Assembly (NCBI GenBank): GCA_964456545.1
Contig: CAYWAM010000001.1
Coordinates: 159,809 to 223,808, forward strand
DNA from: an uncultured Bacteroides sp.
GTDB lineage: Bacteria; Bacteroidota; Bacteroidia; Bacteroidales; Muribaculaceae
Reading direction: 5' to 3'
DNA: 64,000 nt
Below are positions 45,576-54,586 of the stretch, piece by piece; position 1 is the first letter of the stretch, and every line of letters begins with the position of its first letter. The position numbers and the translations under genes were made by a program. Below the pieces are notes generated by a model. That model worked only from the letters and a program-made list of their open reading frames with translations, was not told the origin of the DNA and did not search any database.

Positions 45576-47579
45576 TTACTTGCGAGCTAAGATGAGTGCA
45601 GACGTCGGAGCTACGGTCAGTTTGCCCCCTTTCGAAGTGGCAAGACCGTCGGCGCAGATGCGACCGTCTTCGGCAATCACAATCCACTCGCCTCGCGGTA
45701 TTTTCACTTCGCGAGCTTCGTCAGAGCCATTGAATACGAGCTTTATTTCGCTCCATTCGTCGCCGTTGGCATTGTTCTTGATTGAGTATGAAATCAGATT
45801 CGAACCTTCGACCTTGTCGAATACGATATTGCGAGCTATGTCAGCGGCAGTAGTCATGCGGAAAGCCGGATGCGAGCGACGCAACTTGATTAGTTCGCGA
45901 TAGTATGCATACTGGTCGGCGTTGTCGTGCTTAAGCTGCCAGTCGATGGCATTGATTGAGTCGGGCGACTTATAAGAGTTGTGCACGCCATACTTGCAAC
46001 GGAAAATTTCTTCGCCGGCAAACATGAACGGCGTACCCTGCGAAGTAAAGACAATCGTCTGAGCCAAGCGTGCGGCGCGCATACGCTGCTCGGGCGTCGT
46101 GCCGGGCATCGACTTTGCAAGTTTATCGGTCAGCATCAAGTCGTCGTGGCACGACACGTAGTTGACCACCATCTGCGGTGATGTGGCGTAAGCAAACGTC
46201 GAGTTGTTGCCCTTCGAGTAATCAACTTGGGGATGAGCCGTAGCGGCAACGATACCGATTTTGACGGTCTCTTCGTTGCCGGGCTTGCCGGTAGCAAATC
46301 CGCGGTCGGCTGCATCGCTGTAGTGACCTTTGATAGCATCGCGGATATCATCGCTGAACACGGCCACGCCCTGCATCTGCGCTACATTTTCCTTCAGAGC
46401 GCGACGCTCCACGGGCAGAGGCGAGTCTCCGGCCGTCCAACCTTCGCCATAGACGAAAATCGACGGGTTAACGTCTTTCAGTTCACGAGCTACGCGGTTC
46501 ATTGTCTCTGTGTCGTGAATAGCCATGAGATCAAAGCGAAATCCATCGATGTGATATTCCTCGGCCCAGTATTTAACCGAATTCACGATGAAATTGGCCA
46601 TCTGCGCACGGTCGGATGCAGTCTCGTTGCCACAACCTGATGCGTCGGAATACGAACCATCGGCACGGTGGCGATAGTAGTAACCGGGAGCGGTGAGGTC
46701 GAAGTTCGAATTGCCGACCTGTGCGGTATGATTATATACGACATCCATTACGACACCGATACCGGCATCGTGCAGAGCCTTGACCATCTCTTTCATTTCA
46801 CGAACACGAGTGGCCGGATTGGCCGGGTCGGTTGAGTACGAACCTTCAGGCGCGTTGTAGTTCAGCGGATCGTAGCCCCAGTTGTACATATTGAGCTGCG
46901 GATTGGCTTCGTCAACTGAGTTATAGTCGTAGCTTGGCAAAATGTGTACGTGAGTCACACCAAGTTCCTTTAGGTGGTCGATACCGGTAGCCTCGCCTGT
47001 AGCATTGTGAGTGCCGGGCTCCGTGAGCGCCAAGAATTTACCCTTGTGCACGATACCGCTCGACGGCGACATACTGAAATCGCGGTGATGCATTTCGTAA
47101 AGAACTACGTCGGTGAAATTCTCCACCTTGGGGCCGCGGTCGTCGCGCCAGCCGTCAGGATTGGTGGTAGCGAAGTCAATAATCGCCGCACGCTCGCCAT
47201 TAGTGCCCACCGCACGAGCCCACACGCCGGGGGTCTCGGCCAGCCATTGGCCATGGTGCTTGATGCTGAACGTGTAGAATTTGCCATACAGAGACTGAGC
47301 TACTGATGCGCGCCACACTCCGCGGTCGCCACGCGTCATCTCTAACGTGTCGATAGCCGACGTGTTCCGGTCAGTATTGTAGAGGTAAACGCGCGCTGCC
47401 TCGGCCTCGGGCGACCAGAGCGCGAAGCGCGTACCGGTCGGGTCAACGGTCATTTCCAAATCAGCGCCATCGTACGAAGGCCAAGCCTGAAAACGGTCGT
47501 CAGGATTGGCCTCAGCAGCCACGGCTGAGGAGCCGGCAAGCAAAGTAGCTGCCAGCAAAGTAGTCAAATGTTCCTTCAT
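45576..47579 (-). CDS. pulA: Type I pullulanase (GH13 with an N-terminal CBM48-like region), secreted
   Basis: YNWGYDPLNYNAPEGSYS, VVMDVVYNH, IDGFRFDLMAI, YGEGW and YVSCHDDLML are pullulanase/GH13 conserved regions. The signal peptide is MKEHLTTLLAATLLAGSSAVAAE. The track start at 47645 is GTG, so I chose the ATG at 47579. Confidence 0.92.
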   Translation of the reverse strand: MKEHLTTLLAATLLAGSSAVAAEANPDDRFQAWPSYDGADLEMTVDPTGTRFALWSPEAEAARVYLYNTDRNTSAIDTLEMTRGDRGVWRASVAQSLYGKFYTFSIKHHGQWLAETPGVWARAVGTNGERAAIIDFATTNPDGWRDDRGPKVENFTDVVLYEMHHRDFSMSPSSGIVHKGKFLALTEPGTHNATGEATGIDHLKELGVTHVHILPSYDYNSVDEANPQLNMYNWGYDPLNYNAPEGSYSTDPANPATRVREMKEMVKALHDAGIGVVMDVVYNHTAQVGNSNFDLTAPGYYYRHRADGSYSDASGCGNETASDRAQMANFIVNSVKYWAEEYHIDGFRFDLMAIHDTETMNRVARELKDVNPSIFVYGEGWTAGDSPLPVERRALKENVAQMQGVAVFSDDIRDAIKGHYSDAADRGFATGKPGNEETVKIGIVAATAHPQVDYSKGNNSTFAYATSPQMVVNYVSCHDDLMLTDKLAKSMPGTTPEQRMRAARLAQTIVFTSQGTPFMFAGEEIFRCKYGVHNSYKSPDSINAIDWQLKHDNADQYAYYRELIKLRRSHPAFRMTTAADIARNIVFDKVEGSNLISYSIKNNANGDEWSEIKLVFNGSDEAREVKIPRGEWIVIAEDGRICADGLATSKGGKLTVAPTSALILARK

Positions 47580-47607
47580 GAGTTGAGTATAAGTAAGTAG
47601 ATATATT

Positions 47608-47919
47608 TTATTTAATAATGATGCGCTTTGATAAGCCATCGACACGCACTACGTAACAACCGGGCGCGAGGTCAATGACTGTGGTACCCGGTGCAGCAGC
47701 TACATGTTTCATCAACTGACCGGTGATAGCATACACCTGCACATCGCAATCAGCGCGAGTGTCATTGACAATTTCCACCCCGGTCCGCAACACACGGATG
47801 CTAACAAGCGACGGCTGTATTTCACTCACGACGTCGGCTACGGGAAAAGCAGCGACCGACGAGGTCGTAAACAACACAGCGACAACTGCAAAAACAAATA
47901 TTCTCAGTAACTTTTTCAT
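47608..47919 (-). CDS. Mini-protein consisting of a signal peptide plus a T9SS type A C-terminal sorting domain only
   Basis: MKKLLRIFVFAVVAVLFTTSSVAA is followed by about 78 aa ending VQVYAITGQLMKHVAAAPGTTVIDLAPGCYVVRVDGLSKRIIIK, the Por_Secre_tail pattern. The track start at 47970 is TTG. The -7 box at 47940-47947 supports the ATG at 47919. Confidence 0.65.
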   Translation of the reverse strand: MKKLLRIFVFAVVAVLFTTSSVAAFPVADVVSEIQPSLVSIRVLRTGVEIVNDTRADCDVQVYAITGQLMKHVAAAPGTTVIDLAPGCYVVRVDGLSKRIIIK

Positions 47920-47939
47920 GCGTATTACGAGTCGATAAG

Positions 47940-47947
47940 CAAAGGTA
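47940..47947 (-). promoter_or_regulatory. -7 promoter box for the CTD mini-protein/pullulanase unit
   Basis: The minus strand reads TACCTTTG, 20 nt upstream of the ATG at 47919. Confidence 0.45.
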
Positions 47948-48124
47948 AAGCTAATTGCTAACATTTCCAAACCTTTGGCCTAACTTTTTTTTAACGTTCG
48001 AAAAACAACGATGTTTTTAACATATAATAGATGATAAATCTGTGTCCGGAAATACTTAAAAATGGTTAGACACGACTGTGAAAATTACTTAAAAAAGAGT
48101 ATTGTCGACGCGAGCGAGTTGGCC

Positions 48125-48132
48125 TAATTTTG
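48125..48132 (+). promoter_or_regulatory. -7 promoter box for the porin/imelysin/di-heme operon
   Basis: TAATTTTG lies 29 nt upstream of the ATG at 48162, inside the longer TTG-initiated track ORF. Confidence 0.5.
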
Positions 48133-48161
48133 CACCGCAAAAACTAGAAATAAACTACAAA

Positions 48162-49403
48162 ATGCCTAAAAAATCTATCCTATCATTGATTGGTGCAGCT
48201 GCATTGTCCATTGCCCCGGCTTCGGCGCAGCTCACCGTTGGCGGCTATGGAGAAGCCACTTACAGCTATAATTTCTTCGCCGACGCATGGAACCGCTACA
48301 AGACTCCGGCCAACTTCACCGATGCACATCACAGCCGCGTGGACTTGCCTCACGTAGTGCTCTATCTCGGCTACGACTTCGGCAAGGGTTGGAGCATGGG
48401 CTCAGAAATCGAATTCGAACACGGCGGCGTAGAAGCAGCCGTCGAAATGGAAGACGACGAAGGTGGCGAATACGAAAGCGAAATCGAGCGTGGCGGTGAA
48501 GTAGCCCTCGAACAGTTCTGGATTCAGAAATCATTCTCCCCACAGTTTAATATTCGTGCAGGCCACATTGTAGTGCCCATCGGCTCGACCAACAACGCTC
48601 ACGAGCCCAACAACTTTTTTGGCGTGTTCCGCCCGGCGGGCGACTCGCAAATAATTCCTTGCACCTGGCATCAGACTGGCGTCAGCCTTTGGGGCCAAGC
48701 CGGCAATTGGAAATACCAAGCTATGGTTCTTCCCGGCCTCGATAGCGACCTCTTCGGCCGCGACAACTGGGTGGGCTCGGCATCGGGTAGCCCCTACGAA
48801 TTCAAAATTGCCAACTCGCTAGCAGGCGTCAGCCGTATCGATTACACTGGTATCAAAGGTCTGCGCTTAGGCGTAAGCGGCTATGTGGGTAATACTTTCT
48901 GCAACACTCTGTCGCATCCCAACGAAAACTGGAGCGACGTGAAGGGCACACTGACCATCGGGGCCTTCGACTTCACCTATAAAAATTACAACATCATAGC
49001 TCGCGGCGGTGTCATCTACGGCCATCTGACCGATGCCGACCGCATCACAGCCTACAACAAAAAGATGCGCAACGACTCGCCATCGCCCAAAACCAACGTT
49101 GCGTCAGACGCAATTTCGGTAGGCGTCGAACTCGGTTACAACATCTTCGCACCGCTGAAAGTCAAAGACCAGGGGCTCTACGTTTGGGGCCGCTACGACT
49201 ACTACGACTCGATGATGAAAACTGCCGGCGACGTTCTGCGCTACGACTGGACCCGCCGCACACGCCTCGCTGCAGGTATCAATTACTTCCCTATCAGCCA
49301 GATTATCATTAAAGGCGAGTACAGCATCGGCTTGCTCGAAAAGCCGTACAACAACGAGCCTTCAATTTCTATCGGCATTGCCTACGCAGGCTTCTTCAAT
49401 TAA
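48162..49403 (+). CDS. Putative outer-membrane beta-barrel (porin-like) protein
   Basis: The signal peptide is MPKKSILSLIGAAALSIAPASAQ. Alternating aromatic and Gly-rich beta-strand patterns run throughout, for example GGYGEATYSYNFF and GINYFPISQIIIKGEYSIG. The C-terminus is aromatic (AYAGFFN). Confidence 0.6.
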   Translation: MPKKSILSLIGAAALSIAPASAQLTVGGYGEATYSYNFFADAWNRYKTPANFTDAHHSRVDLPHVVLYLGYDFGKGWSMGSEIEFEHGGVEAAVEMEDDEGGEYESEIERGGEVALEQFWIQKSFSPQFNIRAGHIVVPIGSTNNAHEPNNFFGVFRPAGDSQIIPCTWHQTGVSLWGQAGNWKYQAMVLPGLDSDLFGRDNWVGSASGSPYEFKIANSLAGVSRIDYTGIKGLRLGVSGYVGNTFCNTLSHPNENWSDVKGTLTIGAFDFTYKNYNIIARGGVIYGHLTDADRITAYNKKMRNDSPSPKTNVASDAISVGVELGYNIFAPLKVKDQGLYVWGRYDYYDSMMKTAGDVLRYDWTRRTRLAAGINYFPISQIIIKGEYSIGLLEKPYNNEPSISIGIAYAGFFN

Positions 49404-49436
49404 AAACTAATGGTACAATCTAAACAAATAAAAGAA

Positions 49437-50666
49437 ATGATTAAAACTCTCAAAACACTCTCAATTATGCTCGGTGCTGCGCTTCTGGCAACATCGTGCT
49501 CGGACGACGACAACAATGGCGTAAGACCCACTATTGATGCCGACGAAGCAGCCCTACAAGCCGTCGTGACTGACTATGTAAACAACACCGTAGTGCCCAC
49601 CTATCGCGGCCTGGCCGACGCATCGATGAAGCTCGCCGACCTGTGCGATGCTATGTGCGACGCCGGCGTAGCCAATCTCACTGAAACCAAAATCGCCGAA
49701 GCCGGTGATGCCTGGATTGAAGCTCGCCGCTACTGGGAGCTGAGCGAAGCTTGGCTCTATGGTGCTGCAGCCGACTACAATATCGACCCGCACATCGACA
49801 CCTGGCCTCTCGACAAGACTGCTATGGAAGCTATGCTCAACAACGCATCGCAAATGAGCCAAATGCACGACCGCGAAAGCGCCGGTGAATATGTAGGTTC
49901 ATCGCTCGGCCAGGGCCTCCTCGGCTTCCACGCCATCGAATACCTATTGTTCGAGCCGCAGTCGGCCACCACTGCAACCACATCGCCGCGACCCGCTTCG
50001 CGCTTCACACAAAACGAACTCTACTACCTCGCCGCCGTTGCCGATGACCTGCGCAACTGCTGCCTGCGTCTTGAAGCATCGTGGGCCGACGAAGGCACCG
50101 TAGCACAGTCGAAACTCGACATCCTCGACGACGCCGAACTCAGCTACGACAAGAACTACGGCTGGTACATGAAAAACGCCGGACAAGCCGGTTCGACCTA
50201 CGTCAACTACGCTGATGCCGTACAGGAGCTCATCGTCGGTGCTCAGGACATTGCCGACGAAGTGGGCAACCAGAAGATTGGCAACCCTGTAGGCTCGGGC
50301 CTCGCTGCCGACCCCGACTACATCGAATCGCCCTACGCTCTGAACTCAATCACTGACTTCATCGACAACCTCCGCTCGGTACGCAACGCCTATGCCGGAT
50401 TCACCGCTGCGACCGGCGAAAACGAGACCTACATCAAACCATCGGCTCACACTCTGAGTGCATTCGTTGCTAAAAAGGACGCCGAGCTCAACACTCGCGT
50501 ACTCGCAGCCATCGACAACGCTATCACCGCCATCAGCAAGATGCGCGAACCCTTTGCATCGACCTCACAGGATGCTTCGCTGCACGAAATCAACTTTGCT
50601 GCAGTCGACGCCTGCAACAACGTGGTTGACGTACTCGACGAAGTTATCGACTTAATCAGTAAATAA
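49437..50666 (+). CDS. Imelysin-family (peptidase_M75-like, IrpA/EfeO-type) lipoprotein
   Basis: The lipobox is LLATSC-SDDD. The four-helix-bundle-type sequence carries the conserved GxHxxE motif (GFHAIEYLLF, nt 49923-49940). An alternative ATG is at 49410. Confidence 0.8.
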   Translation: MIKTLKTLSIMLGAALLATSCSDDDNNGVRPTIDADEAALQAVVTDYVNNTVVPTYRGLADASMKLADLCDAMCDAGVANLTETKIAEAGDAWIEARRYWELSEAWLYGAAADYNIDPHIDTWPLDKTAMEAMLNNASQMSQMHDRESAGEYVGSSLGQGLLGFHAIEYLLFEPQSATTATTSPRPASRFTQNELYYLAAVADDLRNCCLRLEASWADEGTVAQSKLDILDDAELSYDKNYGWYMKNAGQAGSTYVNYADAVQELIVGAQDIADEVGNQKIGNPVGSGLAADPDYIESPYALNSITDFIDNLRSVRNAYAGFTAATGENETYIKPSAHTLSAFVAKKDAELNTRVLAAIDNAITAISKMREPFASTSQDASLHEINFAAVDACNNVVDVLDEVIDLISK

Positions 50667-50670
50667 AATC

Positions 50671-52344
50671 ATGAAACTATATCCTTTGTTTCTTGCAGCT
50701 ATGGTAAGTGGTGCGCTCGCTTCGTGTAGCGACGACAACACAACTACCGGCGGAAATGAACAGCCCAATCCCGATGTAGCTCAACGCCCCGATTGGTACT
50801 ATTCCGGCGGTCAGCTAGGCACATCGTACATCACTACATCTGCTGCATTCGAGCAGCCTACCAAGAGTGTCGAAGATGGTGGTTTTCTGGCCTCATTCAA
50901 ACGCGGTGAGCAACTGTTCGAAAAAAACTATGTATCGAACAACTCGGGCGTGCGCAGCGGCCTCGGCCCCATCTACACGCGCTCGTCGTGCATGCACTGC
51001 CATCCCGGCTACGGCCACGGCAAGTCGCAACCCGACGGCCCCTTCCGCACCAACGAAGCCGGCAACGGCTACCTACTTGTCGTTTACAATCCGGCGACAC
51101 AAGGCTACGTCAACTGGCTAGCCGGTATGCCCCAGGGGCATGCTGTAGAGCCCTTCAAAGCTCCGCTCGACGAAAGCAAGGTGATCATCTCATGGCACGA
51201 GTACACCGATAGCTGGAACAACACCTTCCCCGATGGTGAGACCTACTCGCTCCGCTACCCGGAAGTAAGTATGCCGGCCGACGCGGTCTACGCTTATCGC
51301 CAAGGCGAGCTCTCGCGCGAACAGATGGGTGAATACGAAGTAAAACTCGAAAACACTATCGGTATCTACGGCACCGGCCTGCTCGACGCCATCAGCGACG
51401 AAGATCTCCTGGCACAGTATCGCCAAGAAGAGCAAGACGGCTTCATGCCCAATGGTCTCAACCCGGCAATCTTTGCCGGCGGCAACTGGGCCGGCCAATA
51501 CACATCGAAGGAAGTGTCGAGCGACAAGCAGAAATATCCGTTCCGCTACACATACGCTCTGAGCCGTGGTCCGCTGCAGGACGCTGCCGGCGCGAACGCC
51601 TTCTGGAATATTACAAACGTGACTCGCAGCGACCGCCGCTACCACTATAAAGATGCAGGCGGCTACTACGCCCGCGCTGCTGCCGCCGACCCCGAAGTGC
51701 AAGCAGCCTTCCCGGCCTACATTGAAGCAGTCGACCCAAATCACGAACATCCCGAATGGTTTACCTCCGACGTTGAAGCCAACATTCTGGCCTACATCAA
51801 CACAACTAATCTGCCGGCCGAAGCTACAGACCAAAACTATATCGACATGATGGTTTGGCACCGCGGCCTAGCCGTGCCGGCCGTGCGCGATATCGACAAC
51901 CCCGACGTAGCACGCGGTAAAGAAATATTCGAACAAATAGGCTGCGCTTACTGCCACCGCCCGTCGTGGACCACAGGCAACGATGAAATTCGCGACCCGG
52001 CTCAATTCTTCACCAAGGCCGACCCTGAGCGTCTGCTGCCCCGCTATCCGAATCAGACTATTTGGCCCTACACCGACATGATTCAGCATAAGCTACACAT
52101 GGTGAATGACATCCGCAACGGTTGGTGCCGCACCACCCCGCTCTGGGGCCGCGGTCTCCATCAGCGTGTCACAGGCTCGGCCTATGCCGACCGCCTGCAC
52201 GATGCCCGCGCCCGCAACGCCATGGAAGCAATCATGTGGCACGGCACATCTGACCAAAGCGATGCCCGCGCCTCTGTCGAAAACTTCCGCCAGCTTTCGA
52301 AGGCTGATCGCGACGCCGTGATCACCTTCCTCGACGCTATCTAA
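50671..52344 (+). CDS. Di-heme cytochrome c lipoprotein (DUF1111 / di-haem oxidoreductase, putative peroxidase family)
   Basis: The lipobox is ALASC-SDDN. Two CxxCH heme-binding motifs are present: CMHCH (nt 50989-51003) and CAYCH (nt 51943-51957). The length and the motif spacing fit the DUF1111 family usually found next to imelysins. Confidence 0.8.
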   Translation: MKLYPLFLAAMVSGALASCSDDNTTTGGNEQPNPDVAQRPDWYYSGGQLGTSYITTSAAFEQPTKSVEDGGFLASFKRGEQLFEKNYVSNNSGVRSGLGPIYTRSSCMHCHPGYGHGKSQPDGPFRTNEAGNGYLLVVYNPATQGYVNWLAGMPQGHAVEPFKAPLDESKVIISWHEYTDSWNNTFPDGETYSLRYPEVSMPADAVYAYRQGELSREQMGEYEVKLENTIGIYGTGLLDAISDEDLLAQYRQEEQDGFMPNGLNPAIFAGGNWAGQYTSKEVSSDKQKYPFRYTYALSRGPLQDAAGANAFWNITNVTRSDRRYHYKDAGGYYARAAAADPEVQAAFPAYIEAVDPNHEHPEWFTSDVEANILAYINTTNLPAEATDQNYIDMMVWHRGLAVPAVRDIDNPDVARGKEIFEQIGCAYCHRPSWTTGNDEIRDPAQFFTKADPERLLPRYPNQTIWPYTDMIQHKLHMVNDIRNGWCRTTPLWGRGLHQRVTGSAYADRLHDARARNAMEAIMWHGTSDQSDARASVENFRQLSKADRDAVITFLDAI

Positions 52345-52359
52345 GTAATTCTTCATCGT

Positions 52360-52406
52360 GTTTCGCAAAGGAGTCGTATCACTCCTTTGCGAAACTTTTA
52401 TTTATC
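52360..52406 (+). terminator. Strong stem-loop with T-tract between the di-heme gene and ccsBA
   Basis: A perfect 15-bp stem, GTTTCGCAAAGGAGT-cgtatc-ACTCCTTTGCGAAAC, is followed by TTTTATTTATC. It ends 10-20 nt before the ccsBA ATG. Confidence 0.8.
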
Positions 52407-52415
52407 ATTTTTCAA

Positions 52416-54434
52416 ATGCCGGCATTCATCATTCTCGGAATCATCTGCCTCGCTTTAGCCATACTCAGCTGCTTGGGCGAGCAAGGAATTCAATACTGCA
52501 GTTCATTCCCCATGGTCATTCTTTGGGGAGCTGCTGCTATTGCCTCTACGATTGTACTCATCCGTCGAAAGCTCCACCACAACCTTTGCAAATTTTCCAT
52601 ACACATCTCTTTTTTCGTAATCCTAATTGGAGCGCTTGCCACATGGATTTGGGGCACCTCGGAAACACTGCACCTACGAGTAGGCGAGCCAACTCGCATC
52701 GGCGACATGACAGTAGAGCTGCTCAATTTCGAAATTGTGAACTATCCCGGCACTCGCACACCATGCGACTACGTCTCGGAAATTACTGTTGACGGCCACG
52801 CCCCCGCTCGCGTAGCAATGAATAAGGTCTACAGCCTCGATGGCTATCGCTTCTATCAATCGGCCTACGACCCCGACGAGCTCGGCACGACCCTGACCAT
52901 AGCACACGACCCCGCAGGTGTAGCTATCAGCTACACCGGATACGCCATGCTGCTTATTTCGATGATTTGGTATATGGTCTGCAAATACTTATCCTACCGA
53001 CGAATCAACCGACGCATTGCTATTTTTGTTTCAGTAGTCCTATGCTCCATTGCCGCCTCGGCAGTGCCGAATCCCGTGCCGCGCGAAGTAGCTGACCGCC
53101 TCGGGAATCTTTACATCTACGCCGACGGACGCATCATGCAGCTATCAACCTACGCCCGCCTTTTTTCAGTAAAGTTAACCGGCCGCGCAAACTACAAAGG
53201 ACTCTCTCCGGAGCAAGTCATGACCGGATGGCTATTTGAATACGATGCATGGAAAAAAGAACCCTGCATCGCTATTCGCGACAAATCGACTCGACGCGAG
53301 TTCCGACTTACAGGCAAACACGCATCAGTTGCCGACTTTTTCGCCCCCGACGGCTCGTACCGCGCCGAATCGCAAGTTTTCTCTGCAGCCAATGAGCAAT
53401 TTGGTCTTCTATCGCAAGCCGCCACAGGCTCGCTTTGGAAGATATTTCCGACACGCGACGAACAAGGTCGCTACAACTGGCTCTCGCCTGTCGACGACCA
53501 GCCAGATGGCCTCAACCTTGACCAATGGCACTTCACACGCCACGCACTCAGCTACCTAGCCGAACTAATCGCCACAAACCGCACCGACGACGCCATAGCC
53601 GTAATCAACAAAATCGGTGAATATCAACGCCGCGAAGCCGGCTCCGTGCTACCATCGTCAACTAAAACATCGTGCGAAGACCTATTTGTACGCTTGGCTC
53701 CCTCGCCACTTCCTGCCATCATCATGATTGTCATCGCACTTCTGCTATTTTTTGCACCCAACACACTTGCCTCTACACTACTCGCTGCAGCAAGCGCCGG
53801 TTGGATACTACTACTGATTATACTAGATTGGATAGCCTCCGGCTGCATCCCGATGGCCAGCGGTTATGAGACCATGCAATGGCTAGCTCTTGCGGCCTGC
53901 ATCGGTGGTCTAGGATTGGTTCAACACAATCCGCGATTGCCGGCAATTTGCTGCATTGTAGCCGGCCTAGCGCTGATGGTTGCCATGATGGGCCATCGCA
54001 ATCCACAGATTACCTCAGTGATGCCCGTGCTGCGCTCACCGCTGTTGTCGGTCCACGTGCTGACTGTGATGCTAGCTTATGCCGGCATGGCCGTAATGGC
54101 CCTGTGTGGCCTTGCCTGGCACATCGGCCAGCAAAGCTTGCTCAGCGTAGCGCGTTCGATGCTATGCCCCGTCGTCTTTTTAATGTGCATCGGCATTTTC
54201 ATCGGTGCCGTGTGGGCCAACCAATCGTGGGGACGCTACTGGGGCTGGGACCCAAAAGAGACCTGGGCATTAATCACCATGCTTATTTACTCGGCCGGAC
54301 TGCACACCACATCCCTACCGGCCTTCCGCCGCGACCGCTTTTTCGCACGTATTGTCATCATCGCCTTCCTAAGCGTCATCATGACCTACTTCGGCGTCAA
54401 CTTTATCCTCGGCGGCCTACATTCGTACGCCTAA
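52416..54434 (+). CDS. ccsBA: Fused system II cytochrome c synthase CcsBA (ResB-like plus CcsA)
   Basis: The N-terminal half is ResB-like (VAMNKVYSLDGYRFYQSAYDP). The C-terminal half is CcsA with the WWD motif WGRYWGWDPKETWALITMLIY (nt 54228-54266). The protein is polytopic. Confidence 0.9.
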   Translation: MPAFIILGIICLALAILSCLGEQGIQYCSSFPMVILWGAAAIASTIVLIRRKLHHNLCKFSIHISFFVILIGALATWIWGTSETLHLRVGEPTRIGDMTVELLNFEIVNYPGTRTPCDYVSEITVDGHAPARVAMNKVYSLDGYRFYQSAYDPDELGTTLTIAHDPAGVAISYTGYAMLLISMIWYMVCKYLSYRRINRRIAIFVSVVLCSIAASAVPNPVPREVADRLGNLYIYADGRIMQLSTYARLFSVKLTGRANYKGLSPEQVMTGWLFEYDAWKKEPCIAIRDKSTRREFRLTGKHASVADFFAPDGSYRAESQVFSAANEQFGLLSQAATGSLWKIFPTRDEQGRYNWLSPVDDQPDGLNLDQWHFTRHALSYLAELIATNRTDDAIAVINKIGEYQRREAGSVLPSSTKTSCEDLFVRLAPSPLPAIIMIVIALLLFFAPNTLASTLLAAASAGWILLLIILDWIASGCIPMASGYETMQWLALAACIGGLGLVQHNPRLPAICCIVAGLALMVAMMGHRNPQITSVMPVLRSPLLSVHVLTVMLAYAGMAVMALCGLAWHIGQQSLLSVARSMLCPVVFLMCIGIFIGAVWANQSWGRYWGWDPKETWALITMLIYSAGLHTTSLPAFRRDRFFARIVIIAFLSVIMTYFGVNFILGGLHSYA

Positions 54435-54557
54435 ACGACTTGTAGTGCACCCACGGCAGCCGACTACCCACTAGTCTAAGCTTATCATTCTTTAAAACTG
54501 CAAGCTAACTTTTGGAGCTCATTCGATTTTTTTGGCGGGTGATTGGCGGATTTTGCG

Positions 54558-54565
54558 TAACTTTG
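54558..54565 (+). promoter_or_regulatory. -7 promoter box for mutS2
   Basis: TAACTTTG, in the context CGTAACTTTGCAGTC, lies 21 nt upstream of the GTG start at 54587. Confidence 0.55.
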
Positions 54566-54586
54566 CAGTCTTAATTAAGATTAGAA

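Noticed and set aside
52358-52792. 144-aa plus-strand ORF overlapping the 5' end of ccsBA in another frame
   Set aside because: It starts inside the terminator hairpin and has a low-complexity, His/Arg/Ser-rich sequence. The ccsBA frame has clear ResB-like and CcsA homology.
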